Assembly (NCBI RefSeq): GCF_036971445.1
Contig: NC_091473.1
Coordinates: 205,468,001 to 205,532,000 of the forward strand
Origin: Narcine bancroftii
Taxonomy: Eukaryota
Direction of reading: 5' to 3'
DNA: 64,000 nucleotides
Part shown: one piece after another, positions 22,586 to 35,726 of the stretch
How the letters are laid out: every line of letters begins with the position of its first letter
How positions within the stretch are numbered: position 1 is the first letter of the stretch
The notes under the pieces: generated by a model
The model's input: only the letters and a program-made list of their open reading frames with translations
Told to the model about the DNA's origin: nothing
Databases searched by the model: none
Translations under genes and position numbers: made by a program

Positions 22586-25500
22586 TGTGGTGGGAGAAGG
22601 TTAGAATGAAAACAATGAAAGTTTGTAGTAAGTATTTGAATATGGATGGGCAGGTGATAGAGAAGGGAAATGCTCTGGAAGAAGATGAAGGGCAATTGTC
22701 AGGAAAAGTAAATAATGTTGTTCTTAAAGATGAGGGAAAACAGGGATTAAAAATGGGAAATCCCTGAAATTCATATATTTTAATGCCAGGAGTATTGTAA
22801 AAAAGGTGGATGAGCTGAAGGTGTGGATTGATACTTGGAAGTATGATGTGGTAGCGATTAGTGAGACATGGTTGCAGGAGGGATGTGATTGGCAACTAAA
22901 TATCCCTGGGTTTCGTTGTTTTAGGTGTGATAGAGTCGGAGGGACAAGAGGAGGTGGGGTTGAATTGCTTGTCAGGGAAAATATTACAGCGGTGCCTAGG
23001 AAGGATAGATTAGAGGGCACATCCACGGAGGCTATTTGGGTGGAACTGAGGAGTAGGAAAGGAGAGGTTACACTTGTAGGGGTGTATTATAGACCACCCG
23101 GAGGGGACCGAGACCTAGAGGAGCAAATCTGTAGGGAGATAGTAGATATTTGTGATAAGCACAGGGTTGTAATTATGGGAGATTTTAATTTTCCACATAT
23201 AGATTGGGAAACACATTCTGTGAAAGGAATGGATGGGTTAGAGTTTGTGAAATGTGTGCAAGATAGTTTTTTACAACAATATGTAGAGGTGCCGACCAGA
23301 GAAGGAGCAGTGTTAGATCTACTGTTGGCAAATGGGATGGGTCAAGTGACGGAGGTTAGTGTTGGCGAGCACTTCGGGTCCAGTGATCATAATGCCATCA
23401 GCTTCAATGTCATTATGGAAAGAGAGAAATCAGGGCCAAGGATTGAGGTTTTTGATTGGGGAAAAGCTAGATTTGAGGAGATGCGAAAGGACTTGCAGGG
23501 TGTGCATTGGGACAATTTGTTTTATGGGCAGGATGTAGTAGAGAGATGGAAGTCTTTTAAAGATCAGATTTTGAGAGTGCAAAAGCTTTATGTTCCTGTT
23601 AGGTTAAAAGGAGGGGCAAAAGGTTTGAGAGAGCCGTGGTTTTCAAGGAATATTGGAAACTTGGTTCGACGAAAAAGGGAGGCGTACATTAGATATAAGA
23701 AGCATGGAGTTAAGGAGATGTTTGAAAGATACATTGAATGTAAGAGGAATCTTAAGAGAGGAATTAGGAGAGCTAAAAGAAGGTACGAGAAAACTATGGC
23801 AAGCAGGGTGAAAACTAATCCAAAAGAGTTCTACAAATATGTTAATGGTAAGAGGAAAGCTAGAGACAAAATTGGTCCCTTAGAAAATCAGAGCGGAAAA
23901 CTGTGTGTGGAGCCTAGAGAAATGGGGGAGATATTGAACAGTTTCTTTTCTTCGGTATTCACTAAGGAGAAGGATATTGGGAGATGTGGGATAAAAAAAG
24001 CAAATTGGGTAAATATGGGGAATATAGAGATTACAAAAGGTGTAGTTTTAAGGCTTTTGAAGAATATAAAGGTGGATAAGTCTCCGGGACCAGACGGGAT
24101 CTTCCCCAGGACATTGAGAGAAATGAAGGAGGAAATAGCAGAGGCTCTGGCGGTAATTTTTCAAATGTCATTAGATATGGGGATAGTGCCGGAGGATTGG
24201 CGCATTGCGCATGTGGTTCCGTTATTTAAAAAGGGTTCAAGGAGGAAGCCTGGCAACTATCGGCCTGTAAGTTTGACGTCTGTGGTAGGTAAATTAATGG
24301 AGAAAATTCTTAGAGATAGTACTTATAAACATCTGGATAGACAGGGTCTGATCAGGAGCACTCAACATGGATTTGTGGGAGGAAGGTCATGTTTGACCAA
24401 TCTGATTGAATATTTTGAAGAGGTGACTAGGAATGTGGATGAGGGTAGCGTAGTGGATGTTGTCTATATGGACTTCAGTAAGGCCTTCGATAAGGTACCA
24501 CATGGAAGGTTAGTTAGGAAGGTGCAGTCTTTAGGTATAAATTTTGAGATAGTCAAATGGATTGAACATTGGCTGAAAGGGAGAGGCCAGAGAGTGGTAG
24601 TGGATAATTGTCTGTCAGGTTGGAGGCCGGTGACCAGTGGTGTGCCTCAAGGATCTGTATTGGGCCCATTGTTGTTCGTTATATACATTAATGATCTAGA
24701 TGATGGGGTGGTGAATTGGATTAGTAAATATGCAGACGATACTAAGATAGGTGGAATAGTGGATAATGAAGAAGGTTTTCAAGGATTGCAGAGGGATTTG
24801 GGCTGCTTAGGACAGTGGGCTGAAAAATGGCAGATGGAATTTAATGCTGATAAGTGTGAGGTGCTTCATTTTGGTAAGAAGAATCAGAACAGGACATACG
24901 TGGTAAATGGGAGAGCATTGATGAATACAGAAGAGCAGAAAGATTTAGGAGTGACGGTACATCGTTCCCTGAAGGTAGAAACTCACGTGAATAGGGTGGT
25001 GAAGAAGGCTTTTAGTATGCTGGCCTTTATCAATCATTGCATGGAATATAGGAGTTGGGAGGTGATGTTGAGATTGTATAAGACGTTGGTGCAGCCTAAT
25101 TTGGAGTTCTGTGTGCAGTTCTGGTCGCCTAATTATAGGAAGGATATAAACAGAGTGGAGAGAGTGCAGAGAAGGTTTACCAGAATGTTGCCTGGGTTTA
25201 AGCATCTGGAGTATGGGGAGAGATTGGACAGATTGGGTCTTTATTCTTTGGAGCGTAGAAGGTTGAGAGGGGATTTGATAGAAGTATTTAAGATTATGAA
25301 AGGGATAGACAGAATGGATGTGGATAGACTATTTCCGTTAAGAGGAGGAAGGTTTAAAACAAGAGGACATGAGTTAAGAATTAAGGGGCAGAGGTTTAGA
25401 GGTAACATGAGGGGGAACTTCTTTACTCAGAGAGTGGTAGCTGTGTGGAATGATCTTCCTGGAGAAATAGTGGCGGCAGAGTCAATTGTATTATTTAAGA

Positions 25501-25660
25501 AAAGGTTGGACAGGCATATGGATGAGAGGAAGATGGAGGGTTATGGGCATTGTGCAGGGAGGTGGGATTAGAAAGGGGTGTTTGGTTCGGTGCGGACTAG
25601 AAGGGCCTAATGGCCTGTTTCCGTGCTGTAATTGTTATGTTATGTTATGTTATGTTATGA
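22586..25660 (+). mobile_element. Young CR1 LINE, 5'-truncated just upstream of ORF2, with (GTTAT)n tail
   Basis: Contains an uninterrupted ORF2. The 3' UTR matches 13730-13805. Confidence 0.95.
22806..25571 (+). CDS. CR1 ORF2p: APE endonuclease plus reverse transcriptase (921 aa; the frame stays open upstream to 22734)
   Basis: Motifs FNARS, ISETWL, GDFN and SDH (endonuclease); NYRPVSLTS, DFSKAFDKV, GVPQGSVLGP and YADD (RT). No internal stops. Confidence 0.95.
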   Translation: MDELKVWIDTWKYDVVAISETWLQEGCDWQLNIPGFRCFRCDRVGGTRGGGVELLVRENITAVPRKDRLEGTSTEAIWVELRSRKGEVTLVGVYYRPPGGDRDLEEQICREIVDICDKHRVVIMGDFNFPHIDWETHSVKGMDGLEFVKCVQDSFLQQYVEVPTREGAVLDLLLANGMGQVTEVSVGEHFGSSDHNAISFNVIMEREKSGPRIEVFDWGKARFEEMRKDLQGVHWDNLFYGQDVVERWKSFKDQILRVQKLYVPVRLKGGAKGLREPWFSRNIGNLVRRKREAYIRYKKHGVKEMFERYIECKRNLKRGIRRAKRRYEKTMASRVKTNPKEFYKYVNGKRKARDKIGPLENQSGKLCVEPREMGEILNSFFSSVFTKEKDIGRCGIKKANWVNMGNIEITKGVVLRLLKNIKVDKSPGPDGIFPRTLREMKEEIAEALAVIFQMSLDMGIVPEDWRIAHVVPLFKKGSRRKPGNYRPVSLTSVVGKLMEKILRDSTYKHLDRQGLIRSTQHGFVGGRSCLTNLIEYFEEVTRNVDEGSVVDVVYMDFSKAFDKVPHGRLVRKVQSLGINFEIVKWIEHWLKGRGQRVVVDNCLSGWRPVTSGVPQGSVLGPLLFVIYINDLDDGVVNWISKYADDTKIGGIVDNEEGFQGLQRDLGCLGQWAEKWQMEFNADKCEVLHFGKKNQNRTYVVNGRALMNTEEQKDLGVTVHRSLKVETHVNRVVKKAFSMLAFINHCMEYRSWEVMLRLYKTLVQPNLEFCVQFWSPNYRKDINRVERVQRRFTRMLPGFKHLEYGERLDRLGLYSLERRRLRGDLIEVFKIMKGIDRMDVDRLFPLRGGRFKTRGHELRIKGQRFRGNMRGNFFTQRVVAVWNDLPGEIVAAESIVLFKKRLDRHMDERKMEGYGHCAGRWD

Positions 25661-25960
25661 ATGGAGCAAGCTATCATACGGGTAACTGGGGTGGTATTGT
25701 TGCAAATTTAATGAAACATTTCAACGGACAAATTAATTGATAGGATTGATAATTTGGACCAGTGTGGGTGGGTCATTTTCGGTGAGGTGTGCAGGTCAGC
25801 TTGAATATACTATATGCATATTTTTTTTTCTCCATGATACCTGATTTAACAGAAGGCATTGCAACAATCTCATGCTGCAGGATTAATACAGTTCATGATT
25901 AAAGTCCAAACCATCAGCAAACTGAGATTCAAATGCGAACCTCCAATATTGTTCAGAACC

Positions 25961-26165
25961 CTTCAGCGGACTCACCCCCCCTTGAATCCTGTTTCCAATA
26001 CCAGGTAAACTTTCAGCAAATTATAACCCTATCTCCAGAATTCCACAGCCTAGTGCGAATCTCTTCAGTGGACTCGTCCCCCTCTTGAATCCTGCTCCAA
26101 TACCTGGTAACCTTTCAGCCAATTACAACCCAATCTCCTGCATTCCACAGCCTAGTACGAAGCCT
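25961..26165 (+). repeat. Diverged ~102-bp tandem duplication (two copies)
   Basis: cttcagcggactc..cttgaatcctg..ccaatacc..ttccacagcctagt at 25961 is repeated at 26063. Confidence 0.8.
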
Positions 26166-26635
26166 TTGACCCTGTCTCCAGCAACCCAAAGCCTGTGTGG
26201 GTTCTTCGCCTCAAGTCAGTGGAAGCGCAATTCTGGGAGAAATAATTTGCATAAGCCTTCACTCAATGCTTTAGTTTCACCACCGAAATACCATTGAATA
26301 TCTTCGTATTACTAAATTCCCTCATGTTAGTGGAAAGTAGAGACTCAAATGTCTAGAACGTAAAGCTACATTCCCCTCGAATTCAAATCATATGTTTAAA
26401 CCGTCGTAAAATATGTATGATAACATCACATCGATTTACCCTCGGTTGGACCCGCCACGACTGACCTCACCTCATAATTCCTGGATGATTGTTTCACAAT
26501 TTTTGGAGGAGGGAGTCATGATACCGTTTATGCCCCGAATAGTTGACTGACCATTTGTCTCCATTGACGGTAGACTGACCTGAGGAGATCATCTCGCTAC
26601 TTATTGTTAACTCGTGCTGTTAAAGGTTACCATCC

Positions 26636-27110
26636 TTTCTTTTTAAAATATTTTATACCTTTTAATAAATATCATAAAAAGGGTTCAATTCAGTAAGATA
26701 CTGTGTACAATTACATAAACTAAATAGGATATTCCATTTATTACTAACACACTTAAATTGTAAATCATATCCATAATTAATATTTTAATATTTTGGTGAA
26801 ATACAAAAATAGAGAAAATAAGAAAATAGTAGAGGAGTTCCCTTCACCTAACCCTGTTGGCAAATGCTACATTTGAATATTATTAAAAGAAAAGGGAAGG
26901 TAATAAAATAAAGAAAAAAGGAACTTGGAACAGGCACAAATCAAACAATTTAATTGCATTGGAGTAAATTTATAAAGTAAGATAGTGAGTTGTAAAAGAC
27001 CCCCATTACTTCTGGAATCTTATATCTGAGTTATTAGTTGAAAATACAAATCCTTTTCATGTTCAAACAGGACATTACGTATTTAAATTTTACACATTAC
27101 CCTAATTATT
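26636..27110 (-). mobile_element. L1 3'-end fragment
   Basis: T-rich tail and AT-rich 3' UTR similar in character to the minus-strand L1 end at ~61980-62260. Confidence 0.5.
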
Positions 27111-27568
27111 AACTAATATTATAGTTTATCATTTGAACTTCATGTTGAAGGAGATGTTTAATGCATTGCAGTGTTATATTTTGATTGTTTAGTGGCTGCA
27201 GCGACGTTAAAATTACCCCATGATCTAGGGAATATTCGTGAACAAATTTAAATCTGAAATAATAGGGAATATAAGAAAGAACACATCGATTAATTTCCCT
27301 TCCGTTCCTCGCTCGACATTTGACTTTAAACTTCACCCAATTTCCCAAAGGAGCAGAAGAATTGTCCCACCCTGTGCTGTTTTCGACATAGGAGAACAGA
27401 GGATTTGCAATGTATCTGCGTGAGCCTGTGTTAGTCTCCTCCTTGTACTCTGGCTCAAATAATCCATCATCAGAGGCACCGATTATGACAAGCGGCTGCA
27501 CGTGCGCAGAACTTTCAATGTCGGTCCTTTCTGTTACGAACAGTCAATTGCTTTTGCAAATAATTCCC

Positions 27569-28012
27569 ATGCTCCTATTCACTCGTTGCGTACAGTAACA
27601 GGGCCATTCACCAGTGAGTTCATAAATTGCCAGCCTTCCTATGTCAGGCACCGATGACAGTAAAATTTTGCTTTCTCTATCATGCAACATATTCTCACAC
27701 ATTTCTAACATTTTTAGATAGCATTATTCTTTTAATTTCTGCAGGCGTTAAAATTACAGACAGCGGATCACTATGGTCTGTCTCAGCGAGCCAAGTGTCA
27801 GAAGAAAGGGTGGCGTTCAATTTCAAACTTCTGTTACTTTCCAACTGTGCCTTCAGCATCAAAGCAAAGATTCAATTTTCCAATCTTAGCGTCCTCAAAC
27901 GGAGATATCTCCAGAACCGACTGAATGAGTCCCGGATTTCTTCCCTTGCTGAATTCACAGTGGGCGAGCTGTGGCTGTATGATGGCGCACTTTATAGTTT
28001 CATACAAAAACC
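27569..28012 (+). pseudogene. Very decayed V relic
   Basis: Leader-like exon ending ttcacca|GTGAGT (cf. ttcaccg|GTGAGT at 47334). Acceptor tttctgcag|GC GTT at 27744. FR3-like FTVGELWLYDGALYSF. Cys and Trp are lost. Confidence 0.45.
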
Positions 28013-28708
28013 ACGAAGACGCATGCAAAGAAACTGTATATTGAATAGTCATAAACTTGGATTTTCTGCATTTTTTGCATAATTGTAGTCGGTGCGAATC
28101 TGGAGACATCTGGAAGAAAAAGTAGCCCAATTTGCCAGATATCATCACGCACGTCCTGCAACAATTGTGGTTGTCGGCTCTGGCGTGTTCTATACGTAAT
28201 CCCTGATTTCACTTGTGTGGTACAGTTGAGCTAATTAAAATCTACTCTGCAGGGTGCATGGAGTGTTTGTTCACTGAAGGAATTATCCCGAAATTCCCGG
28301 ATGTTCCTCTTTCTGTCTGCATGAGAACCTTCTCTGCCGGGTGTTTTCATGATCTCTCAATGCGAATTATTTGGTAGAGGACACGATATCTTTCGCGGAA
28401 CCATGCAGGTTATATCACAGAAACGGATACAAACGCCTGGGAAATGAGCTGTAATGGTACCATTTTCATTGTATAAGCGAGACGAATATCTTGCCTGACA
28501 TTGTCTCTCGGCTTTTCTTATTCCATCTAAGTATATTTAACCATCCAATTACATCATAAGTTTTCATTGGATTTATCTAGTCATGAGTTATTACTGCGTT
28601 GTACGTACTTCGATAGCGTAAGCAAATAATATTGTTGGTGCATCTGCATCCTGCACATCTGTGAGACAATTACCGCTTGACTCAGCTTTCTTTCACTCTC
28701 TTATGCCA

Positions 28709-28766
<58 letters not shown>
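28709..28766. repeat. (CA)n microsatellite
   Basis: Direct inspection. Confidence 0.95.
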
Positions 28767-28771
<5 letters not shown>

Positions 28772-29276
28772 TGTACACACATTGACACGTTGAAAATTTG
28801 ATCACAATGAACAGTTAAAAAGCAGTGAAAACTCTGTCCAGAATCAAGAACTGTGACATTTTCTCTCTTGTTTCTCTTTGCACAGTCTCTCTTTCTTTCC
28901 CTCTGTCACGTGATGTCTCACTCAGCCTCTCACTCCCCTCTCACATTTTGTCATGGATGTGAATAGTTATCCATCGTTCAAAATAAATGCTTCTGTTATC
29001 ATTCCTTTCCTCTCTCATACTCGGTCATGGAAATGACAATGACANNNNNNNNNNNNNNNNNNNNNNNNNNNNNNNNNNNNNNNNNNNNNNNNNNNNNNNN
29101 NNNNNNNNNNNNNNNNNNNNNNNNNNNNNNNNNNNNNNNNNNNNNNNNNNNNNNNNNNNNNNNNNNNNNNNNNNNNNNNNNNNNNNNNTGTAAATGAGTA
29201 AGAAGAGCGAGAACGTACAAGGGAGAGGGTAAAATTTGTGGGATTTGTCAACTCTCATTAGGTTAAAGCTGGAGAT

Positions 29277-32215
29277 GGAGCGTGGAAAGATGGCGTAGAG
29301 TCTCGACCTCTCTGGCTGGACTTTTAAATACCTATTTTTAACCCTTCGTTTCCGATTTTTATTTGTTTAAAATTTTAGTTTAAAGTATTAAGAAATTATT
29401 GTGGCCACTAATGGTAAAAAGACTAAATCTCAAGTTCAAAAGAAAATACATTTTCGAAGTGCTGAAGATTTGGGGCCTAGACGACTTGAAGCAGCCCCAG
29501 GCTCTGTTTCTTCATTGTCTAAGTCCCAAGGATCGTCTGTGGAGGCTGAAAATGAAGTGCATCAGGCAGCATTACAATCTGAAGAAGTTGCTTTTGTTAA
29601 CGAATGGATGAGAAGACAACAAGATGCGGGGGGGAGGGGGGCGACCAGCGGCGACTCCCTGAAGAAGTCGGGATACTGTTGCTGGGAGTCCAGACCCGCA
29701 GTAAATCTTTTAAAATGCCTTTTGTTGAATTGCAGCAGGACCTGCAGTTACCTTGTTCTGCCACCATGTCAGAGAGAGTAGAGCTGAGATTTACGGATTC
29801 ACAATGTATGCAATTAAATGCAGTTATTCAACCTATGTTGACATCTCTAATGAATGCTGGTATATGTACAGAATTAAACATGGTTAAGACACGTGTGGAT
29901 GCATCTTGTGAAGAATTTAAAAAAATTCAGACTGCGTTTTTGGACTGTAAACAACAAGTGACTACTAACACAGAAAAAATGTTGAAAGTGGAAAAATCAG
30001 TCATAGAATTAGGAGATAATGAGAAAGAGTTAGAAAGAAAAATAGATTATTTGGAAAATCAAAGCAGAAGGAATAATGTGAAAATTGTTGGCTTGCCAGA
30101 AGGTATAGAAGGACAAGACCCTCTTCGTTTCTTTAAAGTCTGAATTCCACAAATATTAGGGCAGGAATGTTTCTCTGGGGCATTGCCACTGGAAAGAGCC
30201 CATAGAGCTTTAAGAAGAATACCCTCAGCTGGTAATAATTTGATGTCTGAGTTATTTAGATAGAGAAACAATACTTCGAATTGCAGAATAAAATGCGAGA
30301 CAACAAACCCCCATTATTGATTCAGAATAGTAGAGTCATCTTTTTATCCTGATCTGAGTCAAGATGTCATTCAACGTCCACGTCGATTTAATCCAGTTAC
30401 AGAAGTTTTGTGGCATAAAGGTTATAAGTCTACTTTTCCTTACCCTGCAGTGTTGAAGGTCTTTTACAGAGACTATCAATTTCCGTTTTTTGAAACTGAT
30501 TGTGAAGCAATGATTTTTGCTGACGCATTGCTGGATATAAGAGGCAAAGACGTAGCTCACCATTATCTCCTAAAGAAAAAAATTGTAGTTCTGGAAATGG
30601 AAGAAATGGCAGAAATGTGAAAATGGGAATGGAAAGAGTCCACCTCCTTCTGAAATGGAAACTTCGAGACTGGAGTCCTTTGGATGAAAAGAAGATTTTT
30701 CTTATTTTATTTTTTCTTTTGTTATTATGATACTTGGAAGTTAATGATTGTTTGGCTGGGGAGGGGGAGATTTGCATTAAGTTCTTTACTAGTCATCAGC
30801 CACTTGTAGGTGATCCACACCCAATCTTTGTTTAGGGATAACTACCCTTTGGTAGTTTTTTTTTGGGGGGGGGTGTATTTTTTTTTTAACTTTTCTTAGT
30901 TTTTAATTTGTGATTTATTTTTAATTGGAGGGCCTATATACGATGATGTGAGGTTTTATATAAAGATATTATTGGTATTTAGCAATAATTTTAGATATTT
31001 CAAAGTTGAGGTTTGCTACTTTTAATGTTCAAGAATTAAATACTACGATTCAATGTAAGCGAGTCTTGCCGTATATTAAGAAAATGAAAATTGATATTGT
31101 CTTTTTACAAGAAACACATTTGAATGTGAAGGAAAGTGAAATTAAAAATGGATTGGGTTGGGCATGTATAATTTTCTTCATTTAATTCTAGAGCTAAAGG
31201 TGTAGCAATTTTGATACATAAAAAATTATCTTTTAAATTACAATCAATGGAGGAAAATGCAGGATGTATTCTCAAATTGAATTGTAAGATTTTTAGTGAA
31301 TTTTGGACTTTACTTAATGTTTATGCTCCAAATACAGATGATGAAGTATTTATTTCGGGTTCATTTGTATCTTTGGGACAGGCTAAAGATAATATTTTAG
31401 TTGGTGGTAATTTTAATTGTGTTTTGGAACCTTTATTAGATAAATCTCCGAAGAAAGTTAAAAAATCCAAGATGGAAATCCAGATCCAAGCGTTGATGAA
31501 ATATCTTAATTTAGTAGATATTTGGAGACGTCTTAATCCAACAGAGAAAGATTTTTCCTTTTATGCATCTAGACTTGAATCGTTTTCAAGGATTGACTTC
31601 TTTTTAGTATCGGCACGTTTACAAGGGAAAATATAACAAGTGGAATATAAAAGTAGGGTGATTTCAGATCATTCTCTGTTACATTTTACATTTGAAACTT
31701 CAGAGAAAATTCAAATAGCTTATCGTTGGAGATTAAAAATACGGAATTTATTGATTTTTGGAAAAAACAAATTAAATTTTTTTTAAAGAAAATTCTAAAT
31801 CTGTTCCAAGTACGTTTGTATTATTGGATGCTAAGAAAGCCTATTTGAGAAGACAAATAATTAGTTATACTTCTAAAATAAAAAAGAATCGATTAAATCA
31901 GAGTCTTGAATTAGAGAAACAGATCGATGAGTTAGAAAATGAATTTCAGAAAGATGCTACAGAAGATCAGAAAATAGAATTATCTAGGTTGAAAATGAAA
32001 TATAATACCCTACAATCTTATTAATTTGAATGTGTGATTAATAGGACTAAACAATGGCATAACGAATGGGGAGAGAAAGAACATAAGGTACTGGCGTGGC
32101 AATTACAGAAAGAACAGGATATTGAGGACTATTAATGGTGTTAGACGGAATTCTCTTACTACTTATAAACCTCGTGAGATTAATGATGAATTTTATTCAT
32201 TTTATAAAAAAGTTA
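29277..32215 (+). mobile_element. L1 LINE, 5'-intact and 3'-truncated (5'UTR, ORF1, endonuclease part of ORF2), decayed
   Basis: Colinear with 54266-57365. ORF1 reads LENQSRRNNVKIVGLPEGIEGQDP and the endonuclease reads LNVYAPN, GGNFNC, SRIDFFL. Confidence 0.9.
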
Positions 32216-32401
32216 ATCTTTCCTTTTCAATTACCTCCGTGCCCGCACAATTTAACACAATTTACGCTGTGGTGCTGACGGGCTTGTCACTGTGTGCTTT
32301 TTCTATAAATATGTCATATTCCTGTACAAAAACTGTGCGAGTTGTTTGCCACTGTTCAATCAAACACGACTGGTCCCGGACGTCTGAATCCGTTCGCCAC
32401 C

Positions 32402-32895
32402 ATGGCGACTGTGCATTACGTGGTTATTTACTGCGGCTATGATTGGAAGTCTTCAGACTTGGGACGCATTTGTTTCCACTATGTTCGTTATTGCTTGATT
32501 AAAAACGAGTTCAGTGGGCTTGTGAGGGAAACCAGACATAAGACTTTACTGAACACAACCAAATATGCGAGACATGCCAATACGCAATTCAACCAACGCA
32601 CCCTCTTGCATGCGCAGTGCGCTGTTGCGAATACCGTGACTGCAATGCGATTTCATTGGATGCAGAGCAACAGATGGCAGCGGTTGTCTCCAGCGACGAC
32701 ACTATTTTTCATTCTCCATCTGAGTTGTGCCTGCCTTCTGTTACATCCAACATCCTGGAAATGCGTCGAGATGTCCACAAAAATAATAGAACTGGGGTGA
32801 AGACCAGACTTTGAATTTCCAAGACCGGTTTTCTCCTGCTTATCAGAAAATCAATTGGCCGTTTCCTTTAACTATCTCCATCGTCCTTGTCTCTG
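32402..32895 (+). pseudogene. TCR V pseudogene with internal deletion and lost 3' end/RSS
   Basis: Kozak GCCACCATGG at 32396-32405 precedes a leader-like exon. The V exon from ~32681 reads VSSDDTIFHSPSEL, then a deletion, then AFCYIQHPGNA and FQDRFSPAYQKINWPFPLTISIVLVS. It is paralogous to the 36087 V. Confidence 0.75.
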
Positions 32896-32914
32896 CGGCA
32901 TGTAGCCCTCTTGA

Positions 32915-35669
32915 CGAGGAAATGTTTATGGTTTTGGATCAGGAAACTGCATCAATTAGTAGAAAATGGAAGGGGCAATGTTTCCATAAAGAGGCGAATG
33001 GATTTGGTGGGACAGGGTGCTATGGTTTTTGGAGATATCACGTGTCGGCACTATGCAGATCGCAGCACACATCGAATGTGCTTAACATCTTATTTCAACA
33101 CCATTTGCCCAAAGCACCTGGCATACTCCACAACGTTAACATTCACTTCACCAAACTAACGCCGTACGGAGTTTTATGCAGTTTTCTCTGGGGACATTAC
33201 TGTAGACTAACTGTTGAGCAGCATGTTTATACAAGTGCCTTACATATTGCTTCCAACCCAGGGCTCGATATAATTATTTCAGTCGGAATTTGCGGCCAAG
33301 CAACCCAATATATAAATATGTGCGATTTTTGAAGAAAAAACATCCGTGTGACCCTGTTGCCCCGGATAGTTTAGAAATTTACAATCAGAGATACAGGTCG
33401 TTGTTAATAAACCAGGATGATTCGAGGGAGTTTATGCTCTCTGCCCCTTGACCACAGCAAAGGGCAGCGGGTGCTATTAGCAGGTTGGGTCAATGCAGAG
33501 CATTGCCGACGATCGTATGCATCGAACATTTATTTTAGAAATTCGGGAAAAGAAGGGACTGAAATCAATACATTAACAGGGCTCCGGTATGAAACGTTGG
33601 TTTTGTTTGGATCGTGTGAGTTCAAGCATGATGTTTCGTTCGAGAAATGGTGCGATCGTAAAAGAAACAATAAGATATCAAGGGAAAAGCGAGGGTGAGA
33701 TCTTGCGAGGGAGAGACAGAGGCATAAAGACTGATGAACAGAAGGAGCCGAGAAAGCAGTCAACAGACATTAAAGAAGAAAACATATAGACATAAGAGCA
33801 TAGAAACATTGAATACCTCTTAACGTAACCACTCCAATTAAAGTGTCCCACCCACACAAACCCAATTTGCAATTGTATGCACAATAAACTCATTAGGCAT
33901 CTTGTTCTACACATCCACCACACTCTACACTTTCTTACCATTCATTGACCTGTTAAATACCTATTCCTTCGACCTGAGGGAGTGGCTCCCAATTTCCTTA
34001 CTATGAGGAAAAGACTGCATATCCTCCTGATTACGTGTACAACTGGAAAACATGCTGACTGTCCTGGGGTCCAATTAATAAAATAATTGCTTCCTCAACC
34101 TCTCCATGTAGCTCAGGCATCCGAGTCCTGGAAACATCCTGATAAATATTATTTTCAACCTCTCCATATTGGAAACTTCTTTTCGATTACACGGTGACAA
34201 AATCAGTGCACAACAATCCAAATAGGACCGCATTAACAACTCATAAAGCTGAAAAATTACCTTCCAACATCTCTACTCATTACTGGAACAGACGCAGGCA
34301 AATCGACCAGTGTAGTGATACTCTTTATCTTTACACTTCTGTCCGGCCATATTTATCACATTCCTGCTATTCACTCGATAGGTAATGACCACACTCGATC
34401 TCCGACACACAACAGCTCACTTTTATGAAATAAATTCCAACAACTATTGAAGATTCGACTGCAAACGTTTTGAAATGACTTCACAATCTAAAATGCCACA
34501 CACCACGGTTTCAAACGAAATTTCGATACTCCTGCCACGAACATTTAGATTAAATCATTGGAATAGATGTCAAGTTGGAATATTCTCAGTACGAAAGCCA
34601 GCATACGAATTACATCACCTGTGAGAGATTACAAACTGTTATATCTAACAGCCAATTTCATACTGGAAGAACACCACTTGGCAAAAATAATATTGGCTCT
34701 TTCTGAATTTTCTCGGACCTATTTTATGTGACAGGACATAGAACAAATATGATAGTCTATCTGGTTTGTGTCTGATGTTAAATTTTGTTAGTAGCTAGTT
34801 GTCTCAATTTTAACCAGGGAGCTTATTCTTAAACGGCTCCTGTGGAAAGCGTGATTTTGCTTTAGTGCCAGCTACTGAAGATTGCACACTCTGATACAGG
34901 ACCATATGGCTATGATTAAAAGTTTCAGAATCGTCTGAGCTGACGCCAGAAGTGGAAGGATCTGTAACAATTACTTTGAGGTACACGACAGCTGTTTCTG
35001 TCATTTGGTACACTTGATGATCCGAAAAATATATGAAGTACCTACCGAAGCTATTCAAGACTGGATCAGCAGAGCGATTTATAGGTTCTCCAGAGAGGTT
35101 TTTTGTTGTTTATCATCACTAAATTTCGCTTGCTACTTCTTCTATCTTGACTCTGAGTCCGAGTGTTTCCGTGTGCCATGAGATCTACACTGTGGCGGAG
35201 TATCAGCAGACAACCATAAAGACCAATACCCTGTAGTTCCAGGGATCTCTCACAAAAGTGCAAACTAATCCGATAAACGGAGGTGAGCTGATGCCGATAA
35301 TTTTCTTAGTTATGAGCAAATGCATCTCAAATCATATTAGTTTCGAAGAGATGCATCTCAATCCTTTCAATTTTATTCTCAGCTAATACATCAACCCCAT
35401 TTGACCACTCACCCCACTTCCATACCTAGCACAAAAATATCAACACATTTCCTCCGGCGTTTGAACCTTGATGAGCATCGAATTGAATCTTTCTTCATGT
35501 CCATTTTGTTTTAAGATCAGGAGGTATCTCCCTGATTCTTCTAATCCTGTCGCATTGTTGATAATAACAATGGAATAGATAGTTTGAGGTACAATATACT
35601 TTATGCCTGTTGTGAATCACTGAGGAAGTGTGATGCAGCGATTATGAGACAATGATATAAATTTTACAT

Positions 35670-35720
<51 letters not shown>
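32915..35720 (+). repeat. Segmental-duplication cassette, copy B
   Basis: Colinear homology with 13810-17120 once the CR1 insertion at 15746-16240 is removed. Confidence 0.8.

Positions 35721-35726
<6 letters not shown>

Noticed and set aside
26500-26600. Possible Penelope-associated hammerhead ribozyme
   Set aside because: The CUGANGA and GAAA cores are not intact; at most a decayed repeat end.
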